NCBI GenBank assembly: GCA_019639195.1
Contig: JAHBSI010000006.1
Coordinates: forward strand, 2,754-66,753
Direction: 5' to 3'
DNA length: 64,000 nucleotides
Source: Acidobacteriota bacterium
Lineage (GTDB): Bacteria; Acidobacteriota; Blastocatellia; Pyrinomonadales; Pyrinomonadaceae
In this document: piece after piece, positions 22,056 through 31,525 of the stretch
Position numbering within the stretch: the stretch's first letter is position 1
Layout: every line of letters starts with the position of its first letter
Notes under the pieces: generated by a model
The model's input: only the letters and a program-made list of their open reading frames with translations
Told to the model about the DNA's origin: nothing
Database searches by the model: none
Made by a program: the position numbers and the translations under genes

Positions 22056-23531
22056 CTATTCTGCGGCCGCAGCGACATCACCCTCCAGTTCAAATCTTTC
22101 AAGAAGAGCTTCGATGACCTTCTCTGTCCTGACGCCTCTTGAGCCCTTTACAAGGACGACATCGCCCTCGCGGATCATTCCGCAAAGCAATACGCCCGCT
22201 GCTTCAGAGTCGGCGGCAAATTCTGTCACTTCGATCCCGCCATCCTTCGCACCGGCAACGAGCTCGGTCCCAAATCCCCTTACGCCAACAAGGGCATCGA
22301 TCCCATGCGACGCAATATTCCTACCGACCTTGTTGTGAATCGCCGCCGCATCCGGTCCGAGTTCCAGCATTTCGCCGGCAACAACGATCTTTCGCGAGCC
22401 CGCCGGTGCGGAATCACATAGCATTGAGATCATCGAGAGCAGCGCGTCTGGATTAGAATTGTACGAATCGTTGACGACGACAAATCCTTTTTTGAATCGC
22501 AGGATCTCACCACGCTGAGGCGGCGCGGCCACATTCGAAAGCGATGCTGCGAGGTCCTGCACTGTCATCCCAAAAGAATGACCTGCCGCCGCGGCGGCAA
22601 GCGCATTCAAGATGTTGTGACGGCCATTCAACGGGAAATTCACGTGGGCCGCTTCTTCCCCGATCGTGAGCGCGAATGTCGTTGCTCCAAAGCCTTTGAC
22701 CTCGATCTCCGAGGCACGCACCGTCGCTTCACTCTCAACGCCGTATGTGACGACATCACCTTTCGATAGAGCTGCCATCGCAGCAACTCTTTTATCGTCA
22801 GCATTTAGAACCGCAGTTCCGCCGGGTTTCATTCCTTCAACAAGCTCGGCTTTAGCCGCTGCGATCGCTTCGATCGAGCCGAGGTGCTCAAGGTGGACCG
22901 GCAGGACATTCAACTCTATGGCAACATCCGGCGGGGTGATCCGGCAAAGACGCGCGATCTCATGGAGCGGCGTGGACATTCCCATTTCGAGCACCGCGAC
23001 GTCGAAATCCGGTTCCTTTGCAAGCCGCAAAACTGTAAGCGGATGGCCGAGTCCGTTGTTGAAATTCTTGATGTTGCGCAGAACCTTTCGTCCCGACGCT
23101 GCGAGTACGTGGGCGGTAAGTTCCTTGGCCGTTGTCTTCCCCGCACTGCCGGTGACCGCAACAACCGGTTTATTCCATTCGAGATAGACCTCGTGCGCAA
23201 GTGCCTGAAGGGCCGCTATCGAGTCATCAACGAGGATAAGGCGATCGCGAAATTCTTCTAGGTCGGCCTTGTGCTCTTCAAAGCGATCCGGCCGAAGAAC
23301 ACAGGCCACCGCGCCCGACTCAAACGCCGTACGAACAAATGCGGTTGCGTCATCGAACTCACCATTGAAACCGTTATTCTTGTATTCGGGCTGGGAGAGC
23401 GCAAAAAAGACGTCGCCCGCCTTTACCTCTCGCGAATCGATAACAAATGTATCAACCTCACATTCCGGCAACGACGGGCGAGCCTCTGGTGCCTTTCCGT
23501 TTATGGATTCAATTAGTTTTCCTAGCTTCAA
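22056..23531 (-). CDS. murF: UDP-N-acetylmuramoyl-tripeptide--D-alanyl-D-alanine ligase
   Basis: P-loop [19 protein letters not shown] and NDSYNSNP motifs are MurF-type, not MurE-type. 4-nt overlap with ftsI. Confidence 0.9.
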   Translation of the reverse strand: MKLGKLIESINGKAPEARPSLPECEVDTFVIDSREVKAGDVFFALSQPEYKNNGFNGEFDDATAFVRTAFESGAVACVLRPDRFEEHKADLEEFRDRLILVDDSIAALQALAHEVYLEWNKPVVAVTGSAGKTTAKELTAHVLAASGRKVLRNIKNFNNGLGHPLTVLRLAKEPDFDVAVLEMGMSTPLHEIARLCRITPPDVAIELNVLPVHLEHLGSIEAIAAAKAELVEGMKPGGTAVLNADDKRVAAMAALSKGDVVTYGVESEATVRASEIEVKGFGATTFALTIGEEAAHVNFPLNGRHNILNALAAAAAGHSFGMTVQDLAASLSNVAAPPQRGEILRFKKGFVVVNDSYNSNPDALLSMISMLCDSAPAGSRKIVVAGEMLELGPDAAAIHNKVGRNIASHGIDALVGVRGFGTELVAGAKDGGIEVTEFAADSEAAGVLLCGMIREGDVVLVKGSRGVRTEKVIEALLERFELEGDVAAAAE

Positions 23532-25498
23532 GTCTTCTTTTTGCTCGCGTCAATTTTCTTCTTTTCGTTCCTGGCGGTGCGATCATCGGGTGTTTCCTTT
23601 TTTGCGACCGGAGCAGTCTTCTTTGACTTCGCATCGGCCGGAGCCTTCGGCGCTTCCTTCTCCGGCGCCGGCGTTGGCATTGGAACTGAATCCGCCGGGG
23701 TCTCCGGCACAACCTCAGCCAACGTCACGTCGTTTGAAGGCGTCCCGTTCTTTTGCACACCAAGTTCGGGGAGTATCTGTTCGGCGATCTCCTTAAAGAC
23801 CGGGGCCGAAACCATTCCGCCATCACGTGCTCCCGATCGCGGTTCATCCATTACAACGGCGATCACAACTCGCGGATCGTCGGCCGGAGCCATTCCGATG
23901 AATGACGAGATGTATTTTGACGGATCAACCCGCTTAGTTTCCGCGTTAAACTTCCAGGCGGTACCGGTTTTTCCTGCCGCCGTATAGCCGTCGAGCCTGG
24001 CTCGCTTACCGGTGCCGCTCAAAACCACCTGCTTGAGCATATCCCGAAGCTCGCGAGCTGTCTCCTCGCCCACAACCCTTGTATTCTCAGTAAGTTGCGG
24101 CTCCGTAGGCGAAGCACCATCCCGTCTGATCTGCTTGATCACGTGCGGCTGCACCCGAATTCCATTGTTTGCTATCGTCGCAAAAGCACTTGTCATTTGC
24201 AACGCAGTTACGCCAATTTCGTAGCCGATCGACATAGAAGCGAGGGAATCCCCGTTCCACTTCTCCGGTTTGCGTACAATACCCGCGGTTTCGGCCGGCA
24301 GATCGATACCGGTTTTTGATCCGAAACCCATTTTCTTTAGTGTGGAATAGAAATCTTCCTTTCCGACTCGAAGTCCCGTCTTGATAGCACAAACGTTGCT
24401 CGAATGAGCGAGCGCTTCGGCATACGTTACGGAACCAACGTGGTGCGAATCTCTAAAGGTGTGGTTCGCGACCTCGATCGTGCCGTTTCCGGCGTCGATC
24501 ATATCGTTGGGGGAAAAGAGATCCTTCTCGAGCCCGGATCCGTAAGTTATCAGCTTGAAAACAGAACCCGGTGAGTAAGCCGATTGCACCACGTTGTTCT
24601 TGAAGTTTGCGGGCGTCGCACCAGCGATCGAATTTGGATCAAACGTCGGATAATTCGCCATCGCAAGGATCTCACCGGTTTTCGGGTCCATCACAACGGC
24701 CATTCCTGACTTCGCGTTTGAAGCTTTTACTCCGGCCTCAAGAGCACGCTCGGTCTTGAACTGCAAAGAGGTTGAGATCGTAAGCACAACATCACCGGGG
24801 CGTTCGCGGTCAAAGACCGTCTCATCGTAAACACGGCCCAAGCGGTCCCGCTCTTGAAGTTTCTTGATTATCGCACCGTGGAGCAGTTCGTCTTGTGATT
24901 GCTCGATCCCCGCTTGCCCTTCGTCAGCGGCATTGCTGAATCCTACGACTTGTGCCGCAAGAGCCTGATACGGATACGTGCGTTTTTGATCTTCCACCCA
25001 ATGAAAGCCGGAATATCGCGGCTGATCCGACTTTTTTGCATCAGGATCATCGAGAGCCTTGTTCACGGCCTGCACCTGATCCGCCTCCAGTTTCTTTGCG
25101 ATCGGAATATAGCGCTTATTCGCTTTCCGGCCTTCTTGCAGATCCTTTGCGAGCGCCCGAGCGTCCAGCTTCAGCACCTTCGCAGCGGCCTTTGCCGCCC
25201 GGTCGATGTCATCGATCTCCGTCGGGTCCGCATAAAGGGTCGAAACCTTGATGCTCATCGCGAGCGGATGCTCGTCACGATCGTAGATCGTGCCCCGCAG
25301 AAGCTTGGTCTTCTTTGTGTCCTGACGCTGATCAACCGCTTTTTCACGCAGCCACTCATGCTGAGAGACTTGAAGATGGACAAGGCGAACACCGATACCG
25401 ACGAACCAGAAGCCGAAGATCGCCGCGACAAACATAAAACGTGCGTATGCGATCTGCCGAGAATCGACCTTTTTCTTTCGTTTGGCGCTTTTTTTCAT
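23528..25498 (-). CDS. ftsI: penicillin-binding protein 3-type transpeptidase FtsI with Lys/Pro/Ala-rich C-terminal tail
   Basis: N-terminal TM. Transpeptidase motifs SVFK (SxxK), SSN and KTGT. The last roughly 70 aa are low complexity. Confidence 0.9.
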   Translation of the reverse strand: MKKSAKRKKKVDSRQIAYARFMFVAAIFGFWFVGIGVRLVHLQVSQHEWLREKAVDQRQDTKKTKLLRGTIYDRDEHPLAMSIKVSTLYADPTEIDDIDRAAKAAAKVLKLDARALAKDLQEGRKANKRYIPIAKKLEADQVQAVNKALDDPDAKKSDQPRYSGFHWVEDQKRTYPYQALAAQVVGFSNAADEGQAGIEQSQDELLHGAIIKKLQERDRLGRVYDETVFDRERPGDVVLTISTSLQFKTERALEAGVKASNAKSGMAVVMDPKTGEILAMANYPTFDPNSIAGATPANFKNNVVQSAYSPGSVFKLITYGSGLEKDLFSPNDMIDAGNGTIEVANHTFRDSHHVGSVTYAEALAHSSNVCAIKTGLRVGKEDFYSTLKKMGFGSKTGIDLPAETAGIVRKPEKWNGDSLASMSIGYEIGVTALQMTSAFATIANNGIRVQPHVIKQIRRDGASPTEPQLTENTRVVGEETARELRDMLKQVVLSGTGKRARLDGYTAAGKTGTAWKFNAETKRVDPSKYISSFIGMAPADDPRVVIAVVMDEPRSGARDGGMVSAPVFKEIAEQILPELGVQKNGTPSNDVTLAEVVPETPADSVPMPTPAPEKEAPKAPADAKSKKTAPVAKKETPDDRTARNEKKKIDASKKKT

Positions 25499-25561
25499 TT
25501 AGTCTGGAAAGATCCGTCAAAATGTTTCTGGGAATGTTAAAGATCTGCAGAGCTCCGTTCG

Positions 25562-26077
25562 CTATTCTGCGTTCGGAACGATCCTTCGCCGCTCAGACTC
25601 GCCGGGATTCCTTTTCGCAGCTTGCACGGGTTGATTCGGCTGGGCCGCAGGACGAACGAAGGTCGTCTTAATTACGGTTGAGGCCGCGACAGCCGTCGGC
25701 GGAGCGGGATCTTTGCGTTGAAAGGCGGCCGACGCCGTTGCGTTCGGTTTTGAGACCGCTTGGACCACCGCGACCGCGTCATTTGGCGTCAAGGCCGCCT
25801 TCTCAGCAGCTTTCTTGATCTCAAGCGGCGAAAGCGATACTTCGCGTGCTACAAGAAGACGGCGTTTTTCTGCTTGAAGTTGGTCGATCTGGTATCGAAG
25901 CCGTGAATTCTTGATGCTAAGGTCCCAGGACGAGAAATGCTGAGTCGCAGCTAAGAAGAAGCCCGAGACAACGATCGCACCCGCAATACCGATCGTTGCA
26001 TATGCCCGGAAATGTGAGGCCGCCTTTACAGGCCTACCGGTGCTTTTGCGATTTCTTCGAATTGTTGTGGCGCTCAT
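25562..26077 (-). CDS. ftsL: FtsL/FtsB-like septum formation protein
   Basis: Single TM followed by a coiled coil (RLRYQIDQLQAEKRRLL). Position between rsmH and ftsI. The ATG at 26077 lies 7 nt after GGAGGA. Confidence 0.6.
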   Translation of the reverse strand: MSATTIRRNRKSTGRPVKAASHFRAYATIGIAGAIVVSGFFLAATQHFSSWDLSIKNSRLRYQIDQLQAEKRRLLVAREVSLSPLEIKKAAEKAALTPNDAVAVVQAVSKPNATASAAFQRKDPAPPTAVAASTVIKTTFVRPAAQPNQPVQAAKRNPGESERRRIVPNAE

Positions 26078-26121
26078 AGGGACTTCCTCCAAATATTGTG
26101 CGTGAGATTTTTGCCGTTTTT

Positions 26122-27060
26122 TTAATCGAGCCGTTTGCAGGCCCGCAATTTTGCGCTTCTTGAGCGCGGATTCTGTTCTTGTTCGGCCTCGCTTGGGAGA
26201 ATCGGTTTTTTGGTGAGGATCACCACCTTTTTCTCAGCTCCGCAGAGACATTTCGGTAGTCGTGGCGGACACGAACATTTTCCGGACAGCCTTTGAAACG
26301 CCTGCTTTACAATGCGATCCTCAAGGGAATGAAAGCTGATGACCGCAAGAACGCCGCCCGAATTTAACTTTTCAATTGCCGCCGGGATGAACTCCTTCAG
26401 AACATCCAATTCCCTGTTGACCGCGATCCTGATCGCCTGAAAGGTCCTTGTCGCCGGATGGATCTTATCGCCGGGCTTCTTGCCGATCGCCCTTTCGACT
26501 AGGCTTGCGAGTTCTTCGGTCGTCCTCAGCGGCTCTCCTGCGGCGTTTTTCTCGGCGATCCACCGCGCGATCTTCCGGGAACGTCTTTCCTCGCCGTAGT
26601 AGTAGAGAATGTCGGCGATCTCAGCTTCGGTCGAGGTCTCGAGCAGCTCTGCAGCGGTGATCCCGCTATCTTTGTCCATCCGCATATCGAGCGGTGCCGG
26701 CGCCCGAAAGCTGAATCCTCGTGAGGCGTCGTCAAGCTGCATTGATGAAACCCCAAGATCAGCTATTACCGCCGCAATATCGTTTTCAACTACCGCCCTG
26801 CCGATCTCGCCAAAGTTGGCGTTCACAGCCCGAAATCGGTCACCGAATCTTGCCAGCCTCTCTTTCGCGAGCTTGATCGCAGCGGCGTCCTGGTCAATAC
26901 CAACAACCTTGAGGTCAGTGCCTGCAAGGATCGCTTCAGAGTGCCCGCCGAGGCCGAGTGTGGCGTCGATCGCGACCGAGCCGATCCCATTCCGCACGAA
27001 TTCGAGCACTTCGTCGCAAAGCACGGTCTGATGCGTAAACTCGGCGCTGGAACTTTGCAT
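26122..27060 (-). CDS. rsmH: 16S rRNA (cytosine1402-N4)-methyltransferase
   Basis: RsmH/MraW pattern (DATLGLGGHS, DLGVSS, ISFHSLEDR). The first ATG at 27060 is used. The GTG at 27084 is an alternative. Confidence 0.95.
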   Translation of the reverse strand: MQSSSAEFTHQTVLCDEVLEFVRNGIGSVAIDATLGLGGHSEAILAGTDLKVVGIDQDAAAIKLAKERLARFGDRFRAVNANFGEIGRAVVENDIAAVIADLGVSSMQLDDASRGFSFRAPAPLDMRMDKDSGITAAELLETSTEAEIADILYYYGEERRSRKIARWIAEKNAAGEPLRTTEELASLVERAIGKKPGDKIHPATRTFQAIRIAVNRELDVLKEFIPAAIEKLNSGGVLAVISFHSLEDRIVKQAFQRLSGKCSCPPRLPKCLCGAEKKVVILTKKPILPSEAEQEQNPRSRSAKLRACKRLD

Positions 27061-27463
27061 CTTCAAAGAGCGAGTCGTCTGCACAGTTTGTCGACACTAT
27101 AAAACGTGCGAACAAAACTAAGATTTTTCTAATTTAAGGTTCTTGAGCCTTCGAGATCTCGGAGCGTCATTCCGGATCGTTCAAAGAACTCTGGGCAGCA
27201 TTGAGAGGAGATTTTGACCTTCACTTTCTGTTTAAGTGCTTAAGCGGTCCTTTCAGGGTCCCCGATGGGCAACTTTCGCCGCACTCAATGCTAAAAAGGA
27301 TTCTACGTCGCCTTCCTTAAGAATGTCAACAGATATTTTTCAGAATAGCTTAAACATAGGCATAAGGGTGATTGTGTCCCTTTTTCATTCGGAAAGGCCC
27401 CCATTTGGCGATATCGGGTTCGTTTAGTTAGCATTTGTTACGGCAAGACGCGCTGTAAACTTA

Positions 27464-28261
27464 ATGACTTCAAGCTTTTGGCAAATCCTGATCTTCGGCT
27501 GCCTTGCCGCTTTTGGAAATATCCTCGGCGGCCTTGTTCTATTTCCGTCGAGACTTCAAACGTACGCTAAAAACTCCGTTCGATTGATCCTGGCGGTCGG
27601 CGCCGGCTTTATGCTTGCCGTGACGTTCATTGAGATCCTGCCGAAAGCGATCGAGATCTGGCAGCCGGGGATATCACACGCACCCAGTGATCTTGCCGCG
27701 CCGATGGTCTTGCTGCTCGCAGGCTATCTATTGACGCAGTTCCTTGAACACACTATCGCACCTCATTTTCACCTTGGTGAAGAGGTTCATGCCGGAGAAG
27801 CCATTTCAGTGCATTCCGCGTACGCCGCGGTCGCCGGAATGGGAATTCATACCTTTTTTGACGGCGTTATGATCGCTGCCGCGAGCGAACTGAGCGCCGG
27901 ACTCGGTTTTCTGGTCTTTCTAGCTGTTGCACTTCACAAATTCCCCGAAGGCTTGACCGTTGGGTCGATGGTGCTTGCCGCAGGCAAGGGACGCACCGGC
28001 GTCATGGTCGCGACCGTAACGCTCGGCCTTACAACACTTCTTGGAGCTCTGATCTTCTTTATAGTCGGCGAAGGGGTTTCGTCGCTCGTCCGTTACGCTC
28101 TGCCTTTTGCGGCAGGAGTCACCCTTTATGTTGCAGCAAGCGACTTGGTCCCGGAGATCAACCATCATTCCGGTCGCAGTGTGCTGGTGACCGTCGCAAT
28201 GTTTCTCGGGGTTGGACTCTTCTTTCTCCTTGACGTAGCTCTTGCCGGCTTTTCTCACTGA
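27464..28261 (+). CDS. ZIP-family divalent metal transporter (ZupT-like)
   Basis: Eight-TM-like profile with the ZIP signature HKFPEGLTVG and a His-rich loop region. Confidence 0.85.
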   Translation: MTSSFWQILIFGCLAAFGNILGGLVLFPSRLQTYAKNSVRLILAVGAGFMLAVTFIEILPKAIEIWQPGISHAPSDLAAPMVLLLAGYLLTQFLEHTIAPHFHLGEEVHAGEAISVHSAYAAVAGMGIHTFFDGVMIAAASELSAGLGFLVFLAVALHKFPEGLTVGSMVLAAGKGRTGVMVATVTLGLTTLLGALIFFIVGEGVSSLVRYALPFAAGVTLYVAASDLVPEINHHSGRSVLVTVAMFLGVGLFFLLDVALAGFSH

Positions 28262-28332
28262 CCTGCATTCTTCGAAATAGCTGAAACATTCCGAATATCA
28301 CGTCGTATGGTTTAGTGGAGGTTACTTTTGCT

Positions 28333-28542
28333 ATGCGGGAACCATTGCTAGCGGGCATTTTGAGTTTGTTGATACCCGGTGTCGGCCAGATCTATAACGG
28401 CCGAATTCTTATTGGAATCATTTGGCTGGTTTTGACCGGCTTTTCATGGATCGGTTCAGCAGGCTTGTTCGGGTGGGTCATTCATTTGATCGCCGCCTGG
28501 TGTGCTTACAGCTACGCAAAGGACAATCCCGTCAGAAGCTAA
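28333..28542 (+). CDS. small two-TM membrane protein with PGVGQIYNG motif
   Basis: ATG at 28333 downstream of GGAGG. Hydrophobic 69-aa product with a motif common in small TM2-like membrane proteins. Followed by a strong terminator. Confidence 0.5.
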   Translation: MREPLLAGILSLLIPGVGQIYNGRILIGIIWLVLTGFSWIGSAGLFGWVIHLIAAWCAYSYAKDNPVRS

Positions 28543-28570
28543 GGTTTTCTTCAATACGATCCTCCTCTTG

Positions 28571-28600
28571 GCCCGATGTTTGCCGACATCGGGCTTTTTT
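28571..28600 (+). terminator. rho-independent terminator
   Basis: Perfect 8-bp stem GCCCGATG / CATCGGGC with an 8-nt loop, followed by TTTTTT. Confidence 0.7.
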
Positions 28601-28652
28601 CCTGATTTCTCTTAATGCAAAGCATTTAGTAGTATTTACGATTGTTTATTTG

Positions 28653-29255
28653 ATGGCGAAAGAAGGATTACCATTCATTTTTGTTGCGCTCGCGATCGCC
28701 GGTCTATTCGCACTAGCAGGGTGGTGGATAGTCGCGGCTGTATTCGTAGCTATCGCTGTTTTTTTGGCGTATTTCTTTCGTGATCCGCACCGGACCATTC
28801 CCGAGAATGGAGGTTCGATCCTGGCTGCCGCGGACGGCAGGGTAACTCGGATCACCGAAAGCGATGACGGCACGCTTGTAAGCGTCTTTATGTCGCCCTT
28901 CGACGTGCATATCAACCGGTCGCCGATCGCCGGCACCATCCGCGAGATCATCTACGCGAAAGGCCGCAAGCTCCCTGCAACTCGGAACGAAGCAAGTTAC
29001 GTCAATGAGCGGAATACCATTGTGATCGAAGGCGAAGGACACGTCGTCAAATGCACACAGATAGCCGGTATAATGGCTCGCCGCATTGTTTGCTGGCCGA
29101 AGATCGGCGATAAGATCGAGCGCGGTCAGCGGTTCGGATTGATCAAATTCAGCTCAAGGACGGATGTTCTCGTTCCTCCGGGTTTTGAAGTTGCGGTCAA
29201 CATAGGCGACCATGTCCGTGGAGGCGAAACCATCATCGCCCGTCTCATTTCCTAA
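28653..29255 (+). CDS. psd: phosphatidylserine decarboxylase (short, Asd-type proenzyme)
   Basis: The internal ATG at 28653 gives a roughly 200-aa protein with two N-terminal TMs and a PSD core (DVHINRSP, KFSSRTD processing-site region). The stop abuts the pssA ATG. Confidence 0.85.
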   Translation: MAKEGLPFIFVALAIAGLFALAGWWIVAAVFVAIAVFLAYFFRDPHRTIPENGGSILAAADGRVTRITESDDGTLVSVFMSPFDVHINRSPIAGTIREIIYAKGRKLPATRNEASYVNERNTIVIEGEGHVVKCTQIAGIMARRIVCWPKIGDKIERGQRFGLIKFSSRTDVLVPPGFEVAVNIGDHVRGGETIIARLIS

Positions 29256-30143
29256 ATGACAGAAGCAAACCCTACACGGCCGCCTCATCGCGGCTTTAAG
29301 AAAGGCCTTTACGTGATCCCGACGCTCTTTACGGCGGCGAATATCGGAATGGGCTTTCTTGCTGTCATATCGTCGATCCGCGGTTATCACGCATCGTTTA
29401 CCGATGTCGCTCTCGCGGCTCACTATTTCGATACGGCGGCTCTCGGGATCGGCCTTGCGATCCTTTTCGATACGCTTGACGGACGCGTCGCTCGTGCTAC
29501 GCACACGGCCACGGAGATCGGCGTGCAGTTCGACTCGCTTGCGGACGTTCTGACATTCGGTATAGCTCCGGCAGCGCTTGTCTATGCGTGGGCACTCGGC
29601 GGCGCCTTTGACGAAACAGGTCGAGCGCACGGATTCGGTCTCTTTCTGCTGTTTATGTTCCTTATGTGCGGCGCGTTCAGATTGGCAAGGTTCAACCTGC
29701 TGGCGACGCGGCCGAGAGTACTCGCGGAGGGTACGGTAAAGGTCGATAAGCGGTATTTTGTCGGCCTCCCGATCCCAACGGCTGGCGGCCTGATCGCTGC
29801 GATCGTCCATTTCGCTCCCGCACCGCTTATTTCATTGGGAAAGGAGACCGCCCAGCTCTACACTTACGGTCTGCTTTCGTTGATCGCGATCCTGGGCATT
29901 TTGATGGTGAGCAAGATCCGATACTTCAGCTTCAAGACGACAGGCGCCGGTCGGCAAGGTTTCTTTACCGTGCTCGCCGTCGCTGCGTTCGCAACGGCTG
30001 TCTATCTCTATTCCCAATATTCTCTGCTGCTTGTCGCTGGAGTTTACGCGGCTCACGGCCTTGTGCTGTGGGTACTTCGGGCCCTCTTCCTAAAGCCCAC
30101 AATGCCTGCAGAAGCTGATGGAGAGACCGCCGCTGATCATTGA
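29256..30143 (+). CDS. pssA: CDP-diacylglycerol--serine O-phosphatidyltransferase
   Basis: CDP-alcohol phosphatidyltransferase motif DTLDGRVAR..G..FDSLAD in a polytopic membrane protein. Confidence 0.9.
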   Translation: MTEANPTRPPHRGFKKGLYVIPTLFTAANIGMGFLAVISSIRGYHASFTDVALAAHYFDTAALGIGLAILFDTLDGRVARATHTATEIGVQFDSLADVLTFGIAPAALVYAWALGGAFDETGRAHGFGLFLLFMFLMCGAFRLARFNLLATRPRVLAEGTVKVDKRYFVGLPIPTAGGLIAAIVHFAPAPLISLGKETAQLYTYGLLSLIAILGILMVSKIRYFSFKTTGAGRQGFFTVLAVAAFATAVYLYSQYSLLLVAGVYAAHGLVLWVLRALFLKPTMPAEADGETAADH

Positions 30144-31525
30144 TCGGCGGGTCGTCCAATACGAACATTGCCGTGCGACTCAAGCGGCATTACGCTCGCC
30201 TTTTGACGCCGGCGATGCCGTTGCGGTTTTCCGTCGATATCCTGATAGTCGTCCTCGAATTCCCTGCCCGTCGCAGCCAAAAGACTCAGCAAAACAAGGA
30301 ACATCAGTGTAACTGCGGTCGTGTGAAGCACGAAGTCGAACAAGCTGTGCACCAGGACCGCGAATATCCCTGCTGCCGCTCCGACCGCGACCCCGCGGCG
30401 AAATCCATTCTCGACACGCGTGTTCCGTTTAATGGCGACAAAGACGGAGTAGAGAAAGCCGCCAGCGATCACGGCACCGATCAAACCAGCATCAGCAAGG
30501 ACCTGCAGATAATCGTTATGAGCCTGCTCAACGCGCGAGAGGCCGTTAAATGTATCAAAAGGTGTGTACGCCTGACCGAACGCTCCGATGCCCGCACCGA
30601 AAGGCAGGTGCGCCACAATGACCTTTAACGTGACCGTCCAGATCTGGAGCCGGTCTGTCGTCACATCGCCCGCCTCTGCCGTCTCAGCAAAACGCGAGAG
30701 CGACGTTTCACCACCGATCATTATTGCCCCGACCACGATGACTGCGATGGTCGCCACCGTGACCCCCACGAGAACCAGTTTTTTCTTTTTGCCGTGGGCT
30801 CGCGTAGTTAGTACAAAAATGAGGCCAACACCGGCAAGCATTGCGACCAATCCACCTCGCGAACCGCTCATCAAAAGGGCGATGCCCATCCACACGACCG
30901 CTGTTATGTAAATAAGCTTGCGGTCACGCCTCACCGCACCGGACATCAGCATTCCAAGCGGTACGGCGATCGTCATCTCGATGAACGCGGCAAAATTGTG
31001 TCTGTTCACAAACGAGCCGAACGGGCTCAGCCGTTCGAGCACGCCGTAGATCCTTGTCGGCGAAAGAAACGACTGCAGGATCGCATAGAATGCGTACGCA
31101 AAGCCGAAGATCAGTATGAAATTCACTACCTTCTCTATCCGCCTAGCCCTGTCGATCATTGCAAGCATTACGCCCAGGAACAGGGCGAGCACAAGCATAT
31201 GCAGTGCTGACATGGTTGTATCGAACGGAGAAAGCGACAGCGTTCTCGGAATGCCTGCGACTCCGGCGATCTCAGCGATATGCCCGAACGGGATCGTTTG
31301 GACGAAAGCATAAACGGCGGCCGCGATCAGCGGTATCTGGAAAACGTGCCTGCTGAAAGTCAGCTCGCCTTTTACCCAGCCGGCGATGAGCCATATCATC
31401 GCGACGGTGGTCATCACGATGTAGAACAACGCCAGTGTCGGTTGATGCACCGTGCCGTAGGCAAGGGTCGCCAATGCGACGATCACGCACAAGGAAACAA
31501 AAATTGAACTGTTTAGGACCTTCAT
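30137..31525 (-). CDS. O-antigen ligase (Wzy_C) family membrane protein
   Basis: About 12 TM segments with a periplasmic-loop region SGSRGG typical of the O-antigen ligase/polymerase family. Confidence 0.75.
   Translation of the reverse strand: MKVLNSSIFVSLCVIVALATLAYGTVHQPTLALFYIVMTTVAMIWLIAGWVKGELTFSRHVFQIPLIAAAVYAFVQTIPFGHIAEIAGVAGIPRTLSLSPFDTTMSALHMLVLALFLGVMLAMIDRARRIEKVVNFILIFGFAYAFYAILQSFLSPTRIYGVLERLSPFGSFVNRHNFAAFIEMTIAVPLGMLMSGAVRRDRKLIYITAVVWMGIALLMSGSRGGLVAMLAGVGLIFVLTTRAHGKKKKLVLVGVTVATIAVIVVGAIMIGGETSLSRFAETAEAGDVTTDRLQIWTVTLKVIVAHLPFGAGIGAFGQAYTPFDTFNGLSRVEQAHNDYLQVLADAGLIGAVIAGGFLYSVFVAIKRNTRVENGFRRGVAVGAAAGIFAVLVHSLFDFVLHTTAVTLMFLVLLSLLAATGREFEDDYQDIDGKPQRHRRRQKASVMPLESHGNVRIGRPADQ

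Noticed and set aside
22056-23531. Possibility that this Mur ligase is MurE, the gene expected after ftsI.
   Set aside because: The [11 protein letters not shown] and NDSYNSNP motifs and the overall layout are MurF-type. The MurE-specific DNPR-type motif was not seen.
23509-23712. Arg-rich 67-aa ORF (MCRRPRRIQFQCQRRRRRRKRRR..) on the same strand as ftsI.
   Set aside because: It is an alternative frame of the segment that encodes the Lys/Pro/Ala-rich FtsI tail, so it is a low-complexity artefact. It has no RBS and no independent support.
27085-27463. Searched for mraZ or a degraded mraZ upstream of rsmH. Also considered the 63-aa plus-strand ORF 27236..27427.
   Set aside because: No minus-strand ORF of 60 aa or more lies here. 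The plus-strand ORF has no RBS, an odd composition, and lies in an AT-rich promoter-like region.
28422-28652. N-terminal extensions offered by the ORF track: psd from 28422, aldolase to 49312, amidotransferase to 59941, agaS from 50209, M28 to 35364 and murD to 20902.
   Set aside because: The extensions overlap neighbouring genes or terminators, or they precede obvious signal peptides or catalytic N-termini. Internal ATG starts fit family-typical N-termini and RBS positions.
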